Source: an uncultured bacterium
GTDB lineage: Bacteria > Babelota > Babeliae > Babelales > Vermiphilaceae
Assembly: GCA_963701085.1 (NCBI GenBank)
Contig: OY969561.1
Span: 416,001 to 480,000 of the forward strand
Length of the DNA: 64,000 bases
Reading direction: 5' to 3'
A model generated the notes under the pieces. It was not told the DNA's origin. It worked only from the letters and a program-made list of their open reading frames with translations, and ran no database searches. This document shows, one piece after another, positions 1 through 24,199 of the stretch. The position numbers and the translations under genes were made by a program. Each line of letters begins with the position of its first letter. Positions within the stretch are counted from its first letter, which is position 1.

Positions 1-964
1 GCCGTTGTAGCGTTACCACTTAAAGCTGCAGTAATGGTTCCTGCAGAGAAGTTACCTAAGCCATCACGCACAACAATATCACCCGCTATATTAGAACTTG
101 AAATGGTTGCTAAGTTTGCATTGGCAATTGTTGCGTTTGCTATGCTTGCTCCCGTAATTGTTGCAGGAGTAATGTCAGCATTTACAATTAATGAGCTCGT
201 TAATAATCCCGCTGCGCTATTGTGCACTACACCAGCGGTACTGAATGCATCAATGGTAACACCAGAAGAACTGATATTCATACGCTCAACACCACTTGTA
301 TCGAAAGATAAAGTATTTGCAGTTGCAGCTGAAATACCAGTGTTGGTACTTCCGGTGAACTGAATTGATGGAGCAGCCGCAGTACCCGCTGGATGAGTTA
401 ATGTTCCACTCATAGTATCACCAGCCTTGAGAACATTTAATGAAGCACTTCCGGTTACGTTACCAGTGACATTGCCAGTTAAGTTTGCAGTGATTGTGCC
501 GGCAGAGAAATTACCTGATGCATCACGTTTTACAATAGTACTTGCAGTGTTTGCATTTGTTGCAGCATTGGCAAGTACCGTAGCAGCAGCAACATTAGCT
601 GCTGTTTGCCCGCCAACAGTACTGACCACCGTTGCTCCTTGTGTACCCGTAACATCACCAACTAATGATCCAGAAAAGCTTGTAGCGGTAGTTGCCGTTG
701 TTGCATTACCGCTGAGTGCAGCAGTAATAGTACCTGCAGAGAAGTTACCTGAGCCATCACGAACAACAATATCACCCGCAATATTTGAACTCGAAATAGT
801 TGCTAAGTTTGCATTAGCAATTGTTGCGTTTGCTATGCTTGCGCCGGTAATTGTTGCCGCGGTGATATCAGCATTAACAATTAATGAACTTGATAATAAT
901 CCTGCTGCGCTATTGTGAACAACGCCTGCGGTAGCAAATGGTGTAACGGTAAGTGTGCTACTTA

Positions 965-972
<8 letters not shown>
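1..972 (-). CDS. Continuation of the giant fibre gene in the shifted frame; open to the window edge
   Basis: The minus strand reads [35 protein letters not shown]...LKAGDTMSG...[23 protein letters not shown] with no stop, using the same repeats as the upstream ORF. Confidence 0.8.
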
Positions 973-14122
<13,150 letters not shown>

Positions 14123-14314
14123 AAAAAGACCTTTTTTTTAATACAATATTTCTGTTGAAACCATAAAAAAAATCCCCGCATTTAAGCAAGGCTTTTTTTT
14201 ATTTATATAAACAAACAAACTATTGCTTTAACAACAGGTATTTTGTTTGTCTTTATTGATAAGAAAAATATCTGAAACAAAACAATATCGTTTTTTCTCA
14301 AAAAAAGGAGTCTC

Positions 14315-17300
14315 ATGAAGCTTATTCATATGCCGCGCTTTTTTTCCCTTATTATATCCTTTGCCTTATTGGTGGGACCGCTGCCATTATCCGCCATACC
14401 ACAAGAAACCATTGCACAACTTTCAACAATTGAAGCTGATATTATTGATCAAAATACTGATATTGTATACATAGATCTTAGCAAAGAGCACAGCAACATT
14501 GCAGAAATAGTGTCTTTGTTGAGTGATTTGGATGAAAATAATTATTCACCATTGCATGAATTACGCAAGCACATTGAAGATGGATTTTCTTATGCAGAAT
14601 ATAATGCGGTCATTGAAACACTTGAATATGCCGAAACTTTTTTACAAAAAAATTATACCCATTTAGATGATGCATACGCAGAAAAAATAGCGGCTGATCT
14701 TGATGAAGTAATAGACAATGTTAGCAATGGTTCATTAACACGACAACCAACTCAAATCATTCGTACAAACATTAATGTTCTTGGTAAAGCTACATTTCAA
14801 AAACATGTATTAACAAAACAAGGAATACACGCACTTGGTGCATTAAAAGTTAGTAAATCAGCAAAATTTAAAAAAAATGTAAAAATTGATGGCACGCTTT
14901 CTGTAACTGATTTAGCGGTAGCTAGTTGCATGGATAATTTATGCGTAAATAATCTTTCTGTTGTTGATTTGGTAATTAGTGGATCTGTCACTGGCATAAC
15001 CGGCATTGCAGGTTCAACTGGTGCAACTGGTTCAACTGGTGCAACGGGACCTAGTGGTACAGGTACAATCGGCGCAACGGGCCCAAAGGTGCAACGGGTA
15101 GTACGGGAGCAACTGGTGCAATCGGAGCTACTGGTGTAGGAGCAACTGGCGTAACGGGTGCAATGGGTAGTACGGGAGCAGCTGGTGCTATAGGTGCAAC
15201 TGGTAGTATGGGAGCAACTGGTGCAACCGGAGCTACTGGTGTAGGAACAACCGGCGCAGATGGTGCTACAGGTGCAACGGGTAGTACGGGAGCAACTGGT
15301 CTGACTGGTGCAACAGGAGCTACAGGTTCAGTGTCTTCAGTTGTTTCACAATTAACTGCAACCAATTTTTCTGCAACCGATGCAATTATAGGAAATCTTA
15401 CGGTAAGCAATTGCGTTTCAAATTTATGCGTAAGCAGTTTATCAGTTACCAATGAGGTAATTACGGGTGATTTTTCAGTAATTGAAATGACTATTACGGG
15501 TACCGTTACCAATCCAACCGATGCTGCAACAAAAGCATATGTTGATGCCGTAGCTGGCGCTGGCCTTATGCCAAAAACACCAGCAATTGTTATAAGTACA
15601 ACTGATATTGGATCTCCGCCAGCAGGCTTACAAACAATTGATGGTGTTACTCTTGTTGATGGTAATCGCGTACTTCTTAATGGACAAACAAATCCAGCAG
15701 AAAATGGTTTATGGGTTGCACATAGTGGCAATTGGACTCGCCCAGCAGATTTTGCTACGGGAAATCAAGCAGGTGAAGCATATGTTCTTATTCTGGAAGG
15801 AACTGTTTATACCGGTTCAAGTTGGTTGTGCAATACTCCCAATGCGGTGATTGATACCGATCCAATAATATTTACAGAATTTTCTCTTCCTACCAATATA
15901 GTAGGAGCAAACGTTGGTACCGGAACAGGTCAAATCTATCAAGGTAAAACAGGAAACACTCTTAATTTTAAAACGCTTCTTCAAGGTGATGCATATACAA
16001 TTATTACTAACGATGCAAATGACGTATCACTCTCAACAAATGCAACAAGTGCAAATACACCAACTACTATTGTTGCTCGTGATGCTTCAGGTAACTTTGC
16101 TGCACAAAAATCAGTATGACTGATGGTGTTCATAGCGGAAATCTTATCCTAAGCACTGAACCAAGTACATCTTCAGCAGGTAATATCTTAAAAGGTTCAA
16201 GCAGCTTTATTCATGATTTTGGAACGAATAATACATTTGTTGGGATTAGCGCGGGTAACTTTACTACAAGTGGTTCAGGTGCAAATACAGGTATTGGTGC
16301 TAATGCTTTAACAGCAAATGGTACCGGAACAAATAACACCGCTATTGGTTATAATGCATTACTTGTGAACGTAATTGGTTTTTCTAATACCGGAGTTGGT
16401 TATAATGCGCTTGCTGCAAACATAACGAATGGCAGTACCGCTGTTGGTGCACTTGCACTTCAGGCAAACACAACCGGAGTATTTAACACCGCTGTTGGAT
16501 ATAGTGCATTGGCGGTGAACGCAACAGGTGTCAATAATACTGCTATTGGTTATAATGCGCTTGCCAATACAACCGGCGGAGCGGGTGCAAATACCGCCGT
16601 TGGTTCAACTGCACTTCAGGCAAACACAACAGGTATTGATAATACTGCTCTTGGTGCTGGTGCACTTGCATTAAACACAGTGGGTGCTGATAATACTGCT
16701 GTTGGGTGGCTTGCACTTCAAGTAAACACAACAGGTATTAATAATACTGCAATTGGTAGTGCCGCTCTGGGTCACAATACAATTGGTATCTCGAATACTG
16801 CTGTTGGCTTCTCTGCACTGAATGCAAATACTACAGGCAACAGTAATACTGCAATTGGTACTTCATCTCTTGGTGCAAATACCACAGGTCAAAATAATAC
16901 TGCAGTTGGTGATCATGCACTCGCTCTTACTACAACAGGAACTGGCAATACCGCTATTGGTCAAGGCGCATTAGCGGTAAACACAACAGGAATTCAGAAT
17001 ACAGCTCTTGGTAATGGTACATTCGCTGCAGTTACAACAGGAGGTACTAATATTGCGATTGGCCACTTAGCAGGTGGTACACTCACCACAGGAAGTAGTA
17101 ATATTTATATTGGTGTGAGTATGAATGCTCAATCCGCAAGTGAAAGCAATATTACGCGAATTGCTAATATTAGCGGTGTTAACGTTGGTGCTGTTCCGGC
17201 AGTCCTTGTTACTGCAACAGGTCAACTTGGTGTTAATACTTCAACAAGAAAAGTAAAACATGCTATTGAAGATATGAATGATGAATCAGCACGCATTCTT

Positions 17301-17579
17301 GATTTGCGTCCGGTAACATTTGTGTATAATAGCGATGCAACAGAAACAAAACAGTACGGTTTAATTGCAGAAGAAGTTGATGCACTATTCCCTGGGATTG
17401 TAGCAAGAAATAAAGATGGTGAAGTAGAAACAGTTCTGTATCATGTATTGCCAGTGCTTTTATTAAATGAAATGCAAAAGCAATACAATGAATTACTTAA
17501 CCATAAAGCTCTTATTGCTCAACTTGAACAACAAGCACAAAATTTTGCTGAACGCCTTAATGCATTAGAAGTACATTAA
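14315..17579 (+). pseudogene. Paralogous secreted fibre protein (about 1088 aa if repaired), split into ORFs 14315-15139, 15163-16119 and 16116-17579 by two 1-nt deletions; C-terminal Peptidase S74-type intramolecular chaperone
   Basis: First about 230 aa are highly similar to the giant ORF ([23 protein letters not shown]...[13 protein letters not shown]). Collagen-like GATG tract, GLQTIDG tail-fibre domain, 14-aa NTAxGxxAL repeats, and STRKVKHAIEDM...LRPVTFVY...YGLIAEEV followed by a coiled coil. True pseudogene versus sequencing indels cannot be distinguished here. Confidence 0.75.
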
Positions 17580-17594
17580 TATAATTAAACTGCT

Positions 17595-17648
17595 TTATAC
17601 AACGAAATACCAGCTATCTGCTCAGATAGCTGGTATTTCGTTGTATAA
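17595..17648. terminator. Perfect 26-bp inverted repeat between convergent genes; probable bidirectional terminator
   Basis: ttatacaacgaaataccagctatctg-ct-cagatagctggtatttcgttgtataa. Confidence 0.7.
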
Positions 17649-17654
17649 TTTTTT

Positions 17655-18906
17655 CTAAACGCCATAATGCTCGTAAATGACTAAATTGTGATGTAAACAT
17701 GAATCATTAGGTGCTTGCTCTAACGCTTTAAGCACCGCTGCTTTACCTATTGCATACTCTCCCACATAGACAGCACATTGTCCTAAAATATCATAACGCA
17801 AATAATCATAGACTCTGTTTTCCACAAATAATCCATTATTTAATGGATATGGCAATTGAGCAGCACGTATTGCAAACAAATAAGCAATCTGATGTTGATT
17901 GTGACGAATGTAGTAGCACGCAATTCTAAAAAGTGGCTCTGCGCGAAACGGCAACATGGAATAAGCCTTTAAATAATAATCAACCGCATCTTCCTCCGTA
18001 TAGTGCGAAACTACCTTACTTATTATATGACTCAGCTATAATATGCTCAATCGCACAACCTATTCGATACGCCGACAAATATTTTTCTTCACTTACTTCT
18101 CCCATCTCCAGTCTTTTTTGATAATAAAAAATAGCTTGTTCCCAATCATCCATAAATTGACATGTTTGCGCCAGATAAAACGATGTACGCATATTAGTTG
18201 GATCATCTTCTAAACTTTTTTTAAGCAATGCGTAATCACGAGCACAACGATCTTTTGATTTTTCTTGACCATACCGCTGTGGTTTATATTCAAAATAAAC
18301 AGAATCAGAAACAATGCCACTTGCACTATCAGGTATTGATTCATGAACAACGCCCTTATAGCGAACATTATAACCTTGCCGTATAAGTCGAGGTACATAA
18401 TTATTAATATTATCCTGAACCGTCAAAAGGTGCATCAAATAACAACTACCCGTACAATTTGGTGCGATATAATCTTTATGTATTTTACAAAAATCAATTA
18501 ACTCCGAAACATTGTGCGTATACCATTCAGCATCAAGCATTAACAAAAAACTGTTATTAACAAAAATCTGCTCTGCTAAATCCAATGCTCTATTACGCGA
18601 AGTTGCAAAATCTACGAATGGTTCTTCCATAATATATGCGTGCTTAAGATCATGATCATTAAAATATTCACGTATCACCTGTTGTGTTCCATCCGTTGAA
18701 CCAGTATCATACACCAAAAAACTCGTAAGTCCTGCATCAACAAAAGGCTTTAACGTAGGAATAATAACATCAGCTTCATTTTTAACCATGATAACAACGG
18801 TTAAAAGAAATTCATGTTCATCTTTAAAACAGGGATCATGTGCTGCTATACAGGGAAAAATGATAAAGAAACTACCTATGATAAAAAGAGAATTGAACCA
18901 TTTCAT
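17655..18906 (-). pseudogene. Signal-peptide GT2-family glycosyltransferase with TPR tail; frameshifted at about 18016-18036
   Basis: VIMVKNEA, YDTGSTDGT, FVDFATSRNRAL, LMLDAE and YKGVVHE motifs; TPR-like FYLAQT...AIFYYQKR. The +1 frame continues YTEEDAVDYYLKAYSMLPFRAEPL into ORF 17655-17957. Likely start MKWFNSL at 18906 after an aaagagg RBS. Confidence 0.75.
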
Positions 18907-18963
18907 GAAAAAAACCTCTTTTTTGTGAATAAAACAATAAAAGGAGGTTAGCAAAAAAGTCAT

Positions 18964-19008
18964 AAAAAAACCACCGCATTGATAATTAAATCAATGCGGT
19001 GGAAAAAA
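18964..19008 (-). terminator. Intrinsic terminator-like hairpin downstream of recF
   Basis: 13-bp stem ccaccgcattgat/atcaatgcggtgg followed by a T-run on the minus strand. Confidence 0.55.
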
Positions 19009-19224
19009 GGAGAGTAGTAATGAAGCCTAAGTTAAGTTTTGTTTATCTCTGTCAGCCATTATTAATATTAAGAATAACCATTATATTAGAAAAGTCAAAG
19101 CAAATTTAATTAATTTATGTTGTTATCTTCAAAGAAAACAGATTTTATTCTCAATTAATATATATAAAAAAAACTATTCTGTCAAAAAAATCATCAAAAA
19201 CGGACTTAATACCGCCCAAACAAT

Positions 19225-20328
19225 TCACATAGAAATTATTTTATAATCAACAGATGAGGCAATTAAAGCGCTCTCCAGCGCACTATCGCGTCGAGGAGAG
19301 GTAAAAATGAGCTGACAATTAAGTTCAAAAAGGGCGGATAATAGGGCCTTGCCCCTTTCAATATCAAAATCAGTCATAAAATCATCCAAAAGAAAAATAA
19401 TAGGGCCATTTTTTTGGGCAAGTTGCTTAATCTGGGCTATTTTAACCAACAAAACAATCATTTTTTGCTGCCCGCGAGAGGCATAAGCCCGGGACTTTTT
19501 ACCTGCTAAAGTAATAGTAAAATCATCAACATGAGCGCCAAAAAGCGTTCTTTTAAACTGTGCTTCTAACCGCATGAGCTCTGTACTGTTTTTTTGCCAA
19601 AAGATATCAAAAGCGCAGTCGCTACCTTTTTTTGCATGATACACAAAAGAAAGAGATACATGTTCATCTATATACTGATGAAGCATTGTATTAACCTCTA
19701 TCTCAAGCCATGATAAAAGTTGTTTCCGCATCTCTTGTACCTGAGATGTATACTCCCACAGTTTTTTAGTCCAAATGAAATATTCTTCTTGATCTATATG
19801 GTTATGCTGCAACAAAGCATTACGATTTTCTAAAACAACTCGATATTCACGCATTTTAGTAATAAATGTTGCATCATTCAATAATAATGCTTGATCAACA
19901 AAAGACCTTCGCTCTTCAGGACCATCTTGTATAAGCTTAAGATCATCTTCTGTCAGACTAACAACACGATAATAAGATAAAAGATCCTTATAAGATACCG
20001 TTGTTTTATTATCAACTTTAACCAAACGTTTATTGTTTGCAAACCCTATTTGAATCGTATGATCAACAAAATTGTCTTGTAAGCCATCGCGAATCAAAAA
20101 TTTTACAAAAAATGAGTCTTTACCTAAAGCTATTAAATCACGAGAAAGATGCGTTCTGAATGAGCGCAAATAGCATCCATAATAAAGTGCTTCTAGCAAA
20201 GAAGTTTTACCTGTTCCATTAGGGCCACAAATCAAAACAATGCGACTATCAAGATCAATAGTAGTTTGGTCAAAACAGCGAAAATCTTTAAGATAAATAG
20301 TCGCCAACTGTAACTGTTTTAGCCCCAT
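19225..20328 (-). CDS. recF: DNA replication/repair protein RecF
   Basis: LKDFRC, Walker A GPNGTGKTSLLEALY, GPEERR, SRGQQK, LLDD; follows dnaN. Start placed at MGLKQ (20328). Confidence 0.92.
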   Translation of the reverse strand: MGLKQLQLATIYLKDFRCFDQTTIDLDSRIVLICGPNGTGKTSLLEALYYGCYLRSFRTHLSRDLIALGKDSFFVKFLIRDGLQDNFVDHTIQIGFANNKRLVKVDNKTTVSYKDLLSYYRVVSLTEDDLKLIQDGPEERRSFVDQALLLNDATFITKMREYRVVLENRNALLQHNHIDQEEYFIWTKKLWEYTSQVQEMRKQLLSWLEIEVNTMLHQYIDEHVSLSFVYHAKKGSDCAFDIFWQKNSTELMRLEAQFKRTLFGAHVDDFTITLAGKKSRAYASRGQQKMIVLLVKIAQIKQLAQKNGPIIFLLDDFMTDFDIERGKALLSALFELNCQLIFTSPRRDSALESALIASSVDYKIISM

Positions 20329-20397
20329 ACTGCACTTCGCTTCATATGGGGGCCCCAATAAAGAACAATAAATTTAGAAATAAAAAATTGGGTTAAC

Positions 20398-21531
20398 TTA
20401 TTCATGCGTTTGAGCTACTGGCATCACCAAATAAAACATAGTATATTCACTTCCTTCAGTTGTACTTTGGGCATCAAAAATAATAGGCTTTGCTTTACCC
20501 TGTAAATAAAACTGTATTTGCTCACCAGGAAATACCTGTAATCCATTGAGCAAATAGGGAGCATAAAAGCGAATATCACAGTCAGAACCAGTAAAATCAA
20601 AAAGTGGTACTTCTTCTTCTAATGTACCAACTTCCTTATTATGCAAGGAAACTTTCAACTTTTCTGAACCAAATGCAAATGATGTTGCAATAAATTGCCC
20701 TGAAAGAAGACATGATGATCGACGAAGTGTTTTAATAAAATGAGAACGTTCAACACGTGCCGGAACAAAATCTTTTTTATCCAAAATTCCTGAATAAGCA
20801 GGAAATCCATCAACCAATAATTTAGAAAAAAAATTAAATGATTCACCGGAAAACACAAGTTGATTCCCACATAAACCAAGAAAAATAGCGGCATCATTAC
20901 TGCTTTCTAAAATCTTTTTAACTTCAAAGACCGCTCTACGTGGCAACAGCCATTTACTTGATTCTTCTAATGTATAGGTAGGAGTTTGCACTTGAGCAAG
21001 ACAATGCCCATCACTCGCGGTCATTTTTAATTCTGAATCAGATATTTCAAGCAATAACCCATTTAAGGAAGAATTGGCATTGTTTTGTGGGATTAAAAAA
21101 GCAACTTTATTAAAAAGTTCAAGTAAAAATGGCGCACTCAATTGCATTAGATTTTCAATGCGCTCTGGAAATGGTGGAAAGTTTTGAGCATCTTGAATGT
21201 TTAACACAACATTAACAAGTCCTGCTTTTACTACCAAAGATGTGTCGTCTAAAATAAAAGTAATATCACCTTCCAGCTCTTTTACCAAATCAAAAAGACG
21301 ACGCCCTGAAACCAAAAACATACGCGGTTCATTTATATCGCATTCTTTGAGCGCATAACTTGCTTGCAAGCTAATTTCTAAATCAGTACTTTTTAAAACT
21401 AATTCTCTATGCCCTACATGAAACAAGATTGTTGTAGTAGCATCAAGTGTAGTACGTTTGGTGCAAATAGGTTGCATTGAAGATAAAATAGATAGCAATG
21501 GTTTTTGTTCTACGACAAATGTATTTTTCAT
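20398..21531 (-). CDS. dnaN: DNA polymerase III beta sliding clamp
   Basis: STDLEI, ASDGHCLA, LPRRAV, LVDGFPAY and C-terminal LVMPV; 377 aa. Confidence 0.93.
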   Translation of the reverse strand: MKNTFVVEQKPLLSILSSMQPICTKRTTLDATTTILFHVGHRELVLKSTDLEISLQASYALKECDINEPRMFLVSGRRLFDLVKELEGDITFILDDTSLVVKAGLVNVVLNIQDAQNFPPFPERIENLMQLSAPFLLELFNKVAFLIPQNNANSSLNGLLLEISDSELKMTASDGHCLAQVQTPTYTLEESSKWLLPRRAVFEVKKILESSNDAAIFLGLCGNQLVFSGESFNFFSKLLVDGFPAYSGILDKKDFVPARVERSHFIKTLRRSSCLLSGQFIATSFAFGSEKLKVSLHNKEVGTLEEEVPLFDFTGSDCDIRFYAPYLLNGLQVFPGEQIQFYLQGKAKPIIFDAQSTTEGSEYTMFYLVMPVAQTHE

Positions 21532-21705
21532 TATAATCCTTATAAGATAGGCACTTTTTCCAGTATAACCTACGTTGAAAAAATAAAAAGCTTATGATTA
21601 CAAAATCATTAACCCAGCTGAATTTTATGTTCCCAGGCTTGACAGTTATTCCACATCTTCAATGGGGCCCCCAATGAAAACAAAGTGAAAATTGGGGTAA
21701 CAATC

Positions 21706-22614
21706 CTATGATCGAGGATGCTTTTTATCATATATTTTTCTCAATTGTGACGTTTCAACATGAGTATATACCTCTACCGTAGTAATCTCTTCATGTCCAA
21801 GTAAAACTTGTAATGAGCGCAAATCCACACCTTTTTCTAACATATGTGTTGCAAATGAGTGACGTAATTGATGGGGTGAAATCGCTCTCTTTATCCCAGT
21901 ATTCTCGCATATTTTTTTTAAAATTACCCAACATGATTGTCGTGAAATTGGTTTTACTTTTTTTCCGTAGTATATAGGAAATAAATAAACAGAATTTTTC
22001 GTAAAAGTAGAAATGGTAGATGTCTGCATCTGAATATAATTATTCAACAATGTCATAACTGATTGAGGCAATGGTATCATGCGTTGTTTCCCACCTTTTC
22101 CTTCAATGGAAATAAACCGTGTATCAAAATGAATATCTGATATTTTAATACCAACAAGCTCACTAACTCGCATTCCTGATCCATAGAGCAAATAGATCAT
22201 CATTGAATTTCGAATACCCAATGGTGATCTGTCTTTTTCTGAATAAACAAGAATGCGGGTAATTTCCTCTTGCGTAAGATAGGTAGGAAGACGTTTTTCA
22301 ATTTTTGGAATATGTAACTCTTTTGTATTGTTTTTAATATCAAAATGGCTACTAAGATACGAAAAAAAAGTCTTTAATGTTGATATTTTACGCGCAATAC
22401 TCCGCGCAGAAAGCTTAAGTCCATACAGGTGATGAACAAATTGCTTAAGTTCATCACCTGTAAGTTTTTCTAAAAAAATATTATTTTTTTCCAAAAACTC
22501 GATAAATTGATTTATATCTCTTTTATATGAAAAAAATGTGTTGGTTGAAACACGCTGCTCTGTGAGCAAATAAGCTTCAAACTTTGTCTGTATCTGCTTT
22601 GCATCCATACTCAA
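21706..22614 (-). CDS. xerD: Tyrosine recombinase, XerD/XerC type
   Basis: LLYGSGMRVSEL, GKGGKQR, SPHQLRHSFATH, LLGH, catalytic YTHV and HPR end; XerD versus XerC not certain. Confidence 0.8.
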   Translation of the reverse strand: MSMDAKQIQTKFEAYLLTEQRVSTNTFFSYKRDINQFIEFLEKNNIFLEKLTGDELKQFVHHLYGLKLSARSIARKISTLKTFFSYLSSHFDIKNNTKELHIPKIEKRLPTYLTQEEITRILVYSEKDRSPLGIRNSMMIYLLYGSGMRVSELVGIKISDIHFDTRFISIEGKGGKQRMIPLPQSVMTLLNNYIQMQTSTISTFTKNSVYLFPIYYGKKVKPISRQSCWVILKKICENTGIKRAISPHQLRHSFATHMLEKGVDLRSLQVLLGHEEITTVEVYTHVETSQLRKIYDKKHPRS

Positions 22615-22632
22615 TCCTTTTTTATATGAAAA

Positions 22633-24066
22633 TTAATATGAACGAGCAACGAGCACGTCAGTTTTACTTGCTTGCTTACAATTAAAACATGTCTCAAAGG
22701 TACGACCTTCAATAATACAACGAATACTTGCCTTATAATTTTTCAGCTCAGTTTCACATTCAGGTTTTTCACACCAACTAGTTTGATAAAATGTCCCATC
22801 ATTTTCTAATTTTGGTCCAAATTCAGCAAGACTATCACTTGAGTTACGCATGGCATCTACACGGGCTTGCGCTCGTTCAAACAACGTCGTTTGTATAGTT
22901 GTTAATAATGCGATAACTTCATGTGTAATATCTGATAATGGAATAAAGCGCTTACCAAGACCAATGCGGTCAACCACCACAGCCTGACTATTTTCTATAT
23001 CTTTTGGTCCGAGCTCAATACGCACAGGAACCCCTTTAAGTTCCCACTTAAAGAATTTTGACCCAGGAGTTTTTCCTTCTTCATCATCTATGATGACGCG
23101 CACGTCATCTTTTTTAAGATCTTCCAATATTGTTCGCGCTGCCGCAATAATAGTTGAATTATCAATGCCAGCCTTGAAAATAGGAATAATAACCACCTGA
23201 ATTGGTGCTATTTGAGGAGGAAGAACCAACCCTTTTTGATCGCCATGGGTCATTACAAGAGCGCCAATAAGGCGGGTCGTAACTGCCCAGCTCGTAAGAA
23301 ATGGATATGCTTCTTTGCCATCTCTATCTTGGAATTTCATATCAAATGCATGAGCAAAAGTTTGAGAAATTAAATGAGATGTGCCCATTTGTAATGCTTT
23401 TCCATCAGGCATTATGCCTTCTATGGTGGTTGTAATATCGGCTCCGGCAAATCTTTCTTGTGCTGTTTTTGATCCTGCAATAACAGGAACAGCCAAATAA
23501 TTCTGTACAAGTTTTACATATTCGGCAAGCATAGTATGCACTTCGGTCATAGCTTCGTCATGTGTTTCATGGGCGGTATGGCCTTCTTGCCAGAAAAATT
23601 CTGTTGTACGCAAAAAAGGACGCGAACGCATTTCCCAACGAACCACACTGCACCATTGATTAATTTTTAGCGGTAAATCGCGCCATGAATGTAGCCAACG
23701 AGCAAACATATAATGAATCATGGTTTCAGACGTTGGTCTAATTACCAAAGGCTCTTCCAGCTCTTTACCACCCGCATGGGTTACTACTGCCAACTCTGGT
23801 GCAAATCCAGCAACATGTTGCGCTTCACGTTTAAGAAATGATTCTGGAATAAGCAAAGGGAAAGAGGCATTTTGATGTCCGGTAGCTTTAATTCGTTCAT
23901 CAAGAACATTTACAATGCGCTCCCAAATAGCCCAACCGTAGGGACGGACAACCATGCACCCTTTAACTGGAGAATGGTCAACCAATTCAGCATCATAGAT
24001 AACTTCATTATACCAACCAGAGAAATCTTGATTTATATCAGGCAATTTTTTCATAAAAAAGCTCAC
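22633..24066 (-). CDS. proS: Proline--tRNA ligase (archaeal/eukaryote-type, no insertion editing domain)
   Basis: IRPTSET, INQWCSVVRWE, FLRTTEFFWQEGHT, ALQMGTSH, GVPVRIELG and C-terminal ARSY. Confidence 0.95.
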   Translation of the reverse strand: MSFFMKKLPDINQDFSGWYNEVIYDAELVDHSPVKGCMVVRPYGWAIWERIVNVLDERIKATGHQNASFPLLIPESFLKREAQHVAGFAPELAVVTHAGGKELEEPLVIRPTSETMIHYMFARWLHSWRDLPLKINQWCSVVRWEMRSRPFLRTTEFFWQEGHTAHETHDEAMTEVHTMLAEYVKLVQNYLAVPVIAGSKTAQERFAGADITTTIEGIMPDGKALQMGTSHLISQTFAHAFDMKFQDRDGKEAYPFLTSWAVTTRLIGALVMTHGDQKGLVLPPQIAPIQVVIIPIFKAGIDNSTIIAAARTILEDLKKDDVRVIIDDEEGKTPGSKFFKWELKGVPVRIELGPKDIENSQAVVVDRIGLGKRFIPLSDITHEVIALLTTIQTTLFERAQARVDAMRNSSDSLAEFGPKLENDGTFYQTSWCEKPECETELKNYKASIRCIIEGRTFETCFNCKQASKTDVLVARSY

Positions 24067-24199
24067 TTAGCGGTTTAATATTTATTCATTTCATGGTAGA
24101 ATTATATTATATAGGCTAAGACCGGTAAAATCTACCATAGAAATATAAGCGTTTGGTAGCATGTTAAGGCTTATTGCTACAATTAAGGGGGTAATTTCC

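Noticed and set aside
21640-21656. DnaA box upstream of dnaN
   Set aside because: ttattccaca matches TTATCCACA only with an insertion, and it is a single site.
21706-22614. Tyrosine recombinase as an island integrase
   Set aside because: Size, motifs and position between proS and dnaN fit housekeeping XerC/D; no att-like repeats flank it.
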